A stretch of 64,000 nucleotides of DNA from a virus (lineage: Duplodnaviria > Caudoviricetes): IMG/VR virus record IMGVR_UViG_3300020048_003360, positions 96,001 through 160,000 of that record; one strand, 5' to 3'. This document shows, one piece after another, positions 60,651 through 64,000 of the stretch. The position numbers were made by a program, and so were the translations under genes. Every line of letters starts with the position of its first letter. Positions within the stretch are counted from its first letter, which is position 1. A model generated the notes under the pieces. The model searched no databases, had not been told where the DNA came from, and worked only from the letters and a program-made list of their open reading frames with translations.

Positions 60651-60818
60651 TTAAATTTCTACGTCAGCTCTTACAAGTGGTCTATTCATAAATTGTTCTG
60701 CAACTAATCTATGTTCATAAACATAACCTTCCATTGCTCCAGATCTTACAGCTTCTGGATGTTCAGGATTATAAACCATTCTATATTCATTAACAATACG
60801 TAATTCTTTTTTAGCCAT
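60651..60818 (-). pseudogene. Truncated HNH endonuclease fragment (55 aa)
   Basis: MAKK...VYNPEHP...GYVYEHRLVAEQFMNRPL, stopping just before the expected VHH HNH core. Confidence 0.65.
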
Positions 60819-60840
60819 TTTTATAATCCTGTTAAGTGTT

Positions 60841-60916
60841 TGGTGGGACCGGAAGGAGTTGAACCTTACATTCTTGGCTTTATGAGAACCCTGCTTCACC
60901 GTTAAGCTACAGTCCC
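60841..60916 (-). tRNA. tRNA with CAT anticodon (Met or lysidine Ile2)
   Basis: Cloverleaf GGGACTG/CGGTCCC, GCTT/AAGC D stem, CTCATAA loop, TTCAACT T loop, encoded CCA. Confidence 0.85.
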
Positions 60917-60943
60917 AATTTACTACATTTAACTTCTCAAAAA

Positions 60944-61470
60944 TTGTGCTCCTTAAGATATTTCTATCTATACTGTCATTCTAAATCAAGAGCATTATTT
61001 AGAATCTAGACTATGTTATCACCATATATTTGGTAGCTCTTACTCACCACACAGGTGGCTTGCTCAAATACTTAGGTATTCCGTTTCTAGTCTCTACACC
61101 TTCCTGTTATTCCTTAACGACTGTACCACTTCGATCCGTGGCCTTGGTAGGAATACTACGAGTTCAGGCTGGCTCGGCGCTGGCATATTAATAACTACCT
61201 TAGAACAGTCTTACTGCCGATGATTTTTCTTCGGAAAACCATGAAACCATCATCTGCTTCAGATACTTATTAACTTAGCTTTTGCCGAATTTACGGAAAT
61301 ACTACTAGCGGGTTTCCCTTGATACGTTACGCCTTTTCGCGTTCGTCTTACTATACCTGATTCCATTAAGGACTCACAAACATTTCTGCTTGCTCTTCGG
61401 CGATTATCCTATCCAGGTTATCGAAAACTGACTACCATATCATTTTTCGCTAGTGACCTATTACGACACT
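60944..61470 (-). ncRNA. Group I ribozyme core A, host gene not identified
   Basis: P3 TTCCGT/ACGGAA; P AAATTCGGCAAAA; Q GCCGAGCCAGCC; R GGTGTAGAGACTA; S ACATAGTCTAG; P9 hairpins; 3' TAAG. The 5' boundary is uncertain. Confidence 0.75.
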
Positions 61471-61476
61471 TTATTC

Positions 61477-61743
61477 TCACACTATATTAAACCTACCATC
61501 AAACAATAGGTTTTCATTTTGTAATCTGATGTCTCCAGAGACGTTCAAATAGTAGGCATCCTTAACCACGGAGCCGTCTTCTAGATAAACATTTATCCTT
61601 AAGACATGATTCCCAAGCGTTTCCTTTATGTCCAGAAACACTCTATCCTTTACAGTAACTCTGGTAGTTACTTTAAGGTCTTCACTTTCTCCAATAGTGA
61701 AGTCATTACCAATAAAATACCTAATCATTTGCACCTCCATCAA
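61477..61743 (-). CDS. Hypothetical protein between the two ribozymes
   Basis: 88 aa, GAGGAG RBS. Confidence 0.6.
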   Translation of the reverse strand: MMEVQMIRYFIGNDFTIGESEDLKVTTRVTVKDRVFLDIKETLGNHVLRINVYLEDGSVVKDAYYLNVSGDIRLQNENLLFDGRFNIV

Positions 61744-61761
61744 TTAACTCCTCATTAAAGA

Positions 61762-62510
61762 TTGTGCACCTTAGAATGTTTCCATCCATTTAGTCATTTA
61801 TGGTCAAGTGTATTACCATAAATCTAGACTATTATGCTCCTTCATTAACTGTGGTTCATATTAGAGCTTCTGACAGCCATATGGTATTTTAGGTACATCA
61901 GAATTTAAGTACCACAACTACTAATCTACTAGACAACTAACTTAGGATTCCGTTTTTATAATCACACCTTCCTGTCGTGTCTTTGGAGGTACTTCTATCC
62001 TCAGTACTTTATGGGGTCTTAGTCCCACTACAGGCTTGGCTCAGTATCAACATATTCTTTAAAATAGGCTCTTCATTACATTCGGGCAACCCTGCTAGAA
62101 CTAACCGAATGAATTCTATTTACTCAAACCCGTGGCAGGATTTAACTTCGATTTGAGTACCGTCTCTTAAAGAACTTAGTTTTTACTGATTTTACGGAAA
62201 CTGATATCTTTGATTAGATCATTGTGTCATTTAGAATGGTAGGTAAAGGAATTAAGTTTTTACACTACCTTTTTAACCTATTTTATCCATAGCCACGACT
62301 ACAGTGCTAATCTAAAGTAACCAGTGCGGTACTATGCTAGGTGCATAATTGTATAACTCTGCCTAGCGCAAAGCGTGTGTCCTTTACTACTAAAGTTCAC
62401 GGGAGTAAATGAAGCTATGGACTTCATTCAGGGATTTTTCTTCTGATTATGCTCATTGCCGAAGATCCACCCGTCGCACGGTCGTATACCCATGTCCATA
62501 GCATGGGTTC
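61762..62510 (-). ncRNA. Group I ribozyme core B, host gene not identified
   Basis: P3 TTCCGT/ACGGAA; P AAAATCAGTAAAA; Q ACTGAGCCAAGCC; R GGTGTGATTATA pairing with S ATAATAGTCTAG; same 3' architecture as core A. The 5' boundary is uncertain. Confidence 0.7.
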
Positions 62511-62511
62511 C

Positions 62512-62661
62512 CTACTTGCTGAAAATCTTTCTACACGAGTAATCTATCACTCGCTTATCGTTTATCATGTAAGACAGTCCCACATAATTACATCCTGATT
62601 CGGTTTCTATCTTGGAGTAAATAACTTCTCCAGATATAAGGAAAATAATGAGTAGATACAT
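62512..62661 (-). CDS. Small protein with hydrophobic N-terminus (49 aa)
   Basis: Hand-translated MYLLIIFLISGEVIYSKIETESGCNYVG...CRKIFSK after AAGGAG. Confidence 0.5.
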   Translation of the reverse strand: MYLLIIFLISGEVIYSKIETESGCNYVGLSYMINDKRVIDYSCRKIFSK

Positions 62662-62678
62662 TTATCTCCTTACTTAAA

Positions 62679-62728
62679 TGGCCTCCCGTAGTGGACTCGA
62701 ACCACTGACCCCAATCTTAGAAGGATTG
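62679..62728 (-). pseudogene. tRNA-Arg(TCT) 3' fragment (positions 27-76 only)
   Basis: CAATC CTTCTAA GATTG GGGTC AGTGG TTCGAGT CCACT ACGGGAG G CCA; no D arm or 5' acceptor strand. Confidence 0.75.
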
Positions 62729-62734
62729 TTTAAT

Positions 62735-62816
62735 TGGCGGGACAGGTGCGACTCGAACGCACATACTCCAATTACGCGGTTAACGACGGCTTAGAAGGCC
62801 GTTGCGATACTGCCCC
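62735..62816 (-). tRNA. Non-canonical tRNA-Arg(TCT)-like RNA lacking the D arm, with a long variable region
   Basis: GGGGCAG/CTGTCCC acceptor stem, ACGGC CTTCTAA GCCGT anticodon arm, GTGCG TTCGAGT CGCAC T arm, G-CCA end. Confidence 0.7.
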
Positions 62817-62826
62817 AATTATACTC

Positions 62827-63078
62827 TTACCTAGCAGACGCCATACCCATGGTGGCTCTATGGATAGGTACTACATTGTCGCCGCTCTTCCTCGCCAACT
62901 CTCCATAGCAATCAGCTCTGAGCAACTCTTTCAGTCGCTCAATTGTGTCCTTATCGGAAGTTACGACCAAGTGCAAAGAAGCTGTATCATCGATGTTAGA
63001 GTCAATTACAGCTAACTGCACTGTTTCTTGCTTCGTTGAGTGTGTGGGCGCAAACATCCGTGTAAACCAGTTAAACAT
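62827..63078 (-). CDS. Hypothetical protein
   Basis: 83 aa, AGGA RBS. Confidence 0.6.
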   Translation of the reverse strand: MFNWFTRMFAPTHSTKQETVQLAVIDSNIDDTASLHLVVTSDKDTIERLKELLRADCYGELARKSGDNVVPIHRATMGMASAR

Positions 63079-63114
63079 TTTATTCGTCCTATTATTTAGT
63101 TGATCGATGTCTTA

Positions 63115-63381
63115 CTACTGAGTACTCTCTACAGATTCACTACTAACTTCCTTTGCTGAGATCATCCATTCAAGAAAGCTATGATACACACTCATTGCTT
63201 CATTTTCATCAACCGGCACTCTAATTCCTCTCACATAGAAGCCATCTTCAGCAATTCTAAGGACAGGTTCACCAGTTTTAGCATGGTGAAAGATTACAGA
63301 ATTAGGATATAACTCTGCAGCAGTCATAGCCACTTCTGAATGAACTTCGTTAATTGCCACTGCATCCACATTTTCTTCCAT
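63115..63381 (-). CDS. Hypothetical protein
   Basis: Start moved to MEENV after AAAGGA because the longer ORF overlaps tRNA-Thr; VLRIAEDGFYVRG motif. Confidence 0.6.
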   Translation of the reverse strand: MEENVDAVAINEVHSEVAMTAAELYPNSVIFHHAKTGEPVLRIAEDGFYVRGIRVPVDENEAMSVYHSFLEWMISAKEVSSESVESTQ

Positions 63382-63401
63382 GATCATTCCTTTAAATAAG
63401 A

Positions 63402-63476
63402 TGGTGCCCAAGGTGGAAGTCGAACACCAGATCCCCGCATTACAAGTGCGGTGCATTACCATTCTGCTACAAGGGC
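63402..63476 (-). tRNA. tRNA-Thr(TGT), degenerate T and acceptor stems
   Basis: CCGCA CTTGTAA TGCGG anticodon arm, GCA/TGC D stem, CCA end; two U-U acceptor mismatches and a broken T stem. Confidence 0.65.
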
Positions 63477-63489
63477 TATTTATTAAATA

Positions 63490-63792
63490 TTAATTTGATT
63501 GACCAATTGCCATATCGACAATATCTTTCAATGTAATATTATCTTTATACATTCCGTATTCATACTCCTCTAATGGAAAATGAATTAAACTAAACGCCTT
63601 ACTTAGCTTTTCAGGATCTGAAATAACAACAGTTTCTTCTAGCTTAACTTGAGTTTCAATATTAACAGATTCCAAATGAATCTTATTAGTACCAATTATT
63701 TCAACATTTGTTTCAAAAATCTTTTTCATTTCATTTCCTAAATAACCTTTATTCCATAAGGATTTAAAAAGCTCTTGTAATTCCAAGATCAT
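63490..63792 (-). CDS. Hypothetical protein
   Basis: 100 aa, AAGGAG RBS. Confidence 0.6.
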   Translation of the reverse strand: MILELQELFKSLWNKGYLGNEMKKIFETNVEIIGTNKIHLESVNIETQVKLEETVVISDPEKLSKAFSLIHFPLEEYEYGMYKDNITLKDIVDMAIGQSN

Positions 63793-63811
63793 TTTGTTCT
63801 CCTTATGGAAA

Positions 63812-63842
63812 TCCGGCGCTCTACCAACTGAGCTATTGAGGA
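63812..63842 (-). pseudogene. 5' fragment of an Asn-like tRNA (positions 1-31)
   Basis: TCCTCAA TA GCTC AGTTGGTA GAGC G CCGGA, then no anticodon loop and the RBS of the next ORF. Confidence 0.7.
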
Positions 63843-63852
63843 TTATTGTAAC

Positions 63853-63903
63853 TGGTGGGGGTAATCGGAGTCGAACCGATATACCTTGCGGTGAGGGATT
63901 TTA
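63853..63903 (-). tRNA. tRNA-Leu(TAA), 3' exon (5' exon outside the window)
   Basis: TAA AA TCCCT, variable arm ACC GCAA GGT, ATCGG TTCGACT CCGAT, TACCCCC A CCA. Confidence 0.8.
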
Positions 63904-64000
63904 CTTACCACTTCGGTTTTCACCGCCAGTCTTAGCCCTTGCGGGTTATCTTCTGTTCGTGGTCTGGACTATGCTATCGCCATATTACGATTTATCACCT
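63904..64000 (-). ncRNA. 3' part of a group I intron in tRNA-Leu(TAA)
   Basis: S element GATAGCATAGTCCAG, P9-type hairpins with GCAA and GAAA loops, terminal TAAG directly before the anticodon. Confidence 0.75.

Noticed and set aside
60651-60899. 82-aa ORF as called in the track
   Set aside because: Its first 27 codons run through the CAT tRNA; only MAKK onward (60818) looks coding.
62734-63015. 93-aa plus-strand ORF
   Set aside because: Antisense to the tRNA-Arg-like RNA and to the 83-aa minus-strand ORF.
63382-63462. N-terminal extension of the 115-aa ORF
   Set aside because: Overlaps tRNA-Thr; a better RBS and start lie at 63381.
60612-63842. Asn-like 5' fragment joined with either 3' fragment as one split or trans-spliced tRNA
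   Set aside because: TCCTCAA cannot pair with CGGGCCC or ACGGGAG, and the ribozymes are not adjacent to these fragments.
1-64000. Stop-codon reassignment
   Set aside because: Long core genes are intact under the standard code, and TAA, TAG and TGA all end genes.

Overview
This window is a 64 kb stretch of an AT-rich (roughly one-third GC by eye) phiKZ-like jumbo phage genome, in the nucleus-forming/Chimalliviridae-type lineage. The assignment rests on the PhuZ tubulin, phiKZ-type terminase, tail sheath and tube, gp175-type head protease, three virion RNA polymerase subunits (gp178-, gp180- and gp149-like) and a 3219-aa gp181-like tail lysin. phiKZ gene numbers are from recalled motifs and synteny, not a database search. 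The accessory content is the more interesting part. (1) An overlapping bacteriohemerythrin plus intact GGDEF diguanylate cyclase gene pair, a candidate phage O2/redox-sensing c-di-GMP module. (2) The virion RNAP beta gene is split by two sibling group I introns, one carrying an HNH endonuclease; the splice junctions can be read from the sequence and give a 1447-aa protein. (3) A tRNA region with two group I ribozyme cores that have no identifiable host gene, an intron-split tRNA-Leu(UAA), a D-arm-less tRNA-Arg(UCU)-like RNA and several tRNA fragments. (4) Scattered ADP-ribose-related genes: macrodomain, DUF488-like, NADAR and a possible ART-fold protein. (5) A recurrent TATATTAC-containing early promoter, always on the minus strand. 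No CRISPR array or rRNA was seen.
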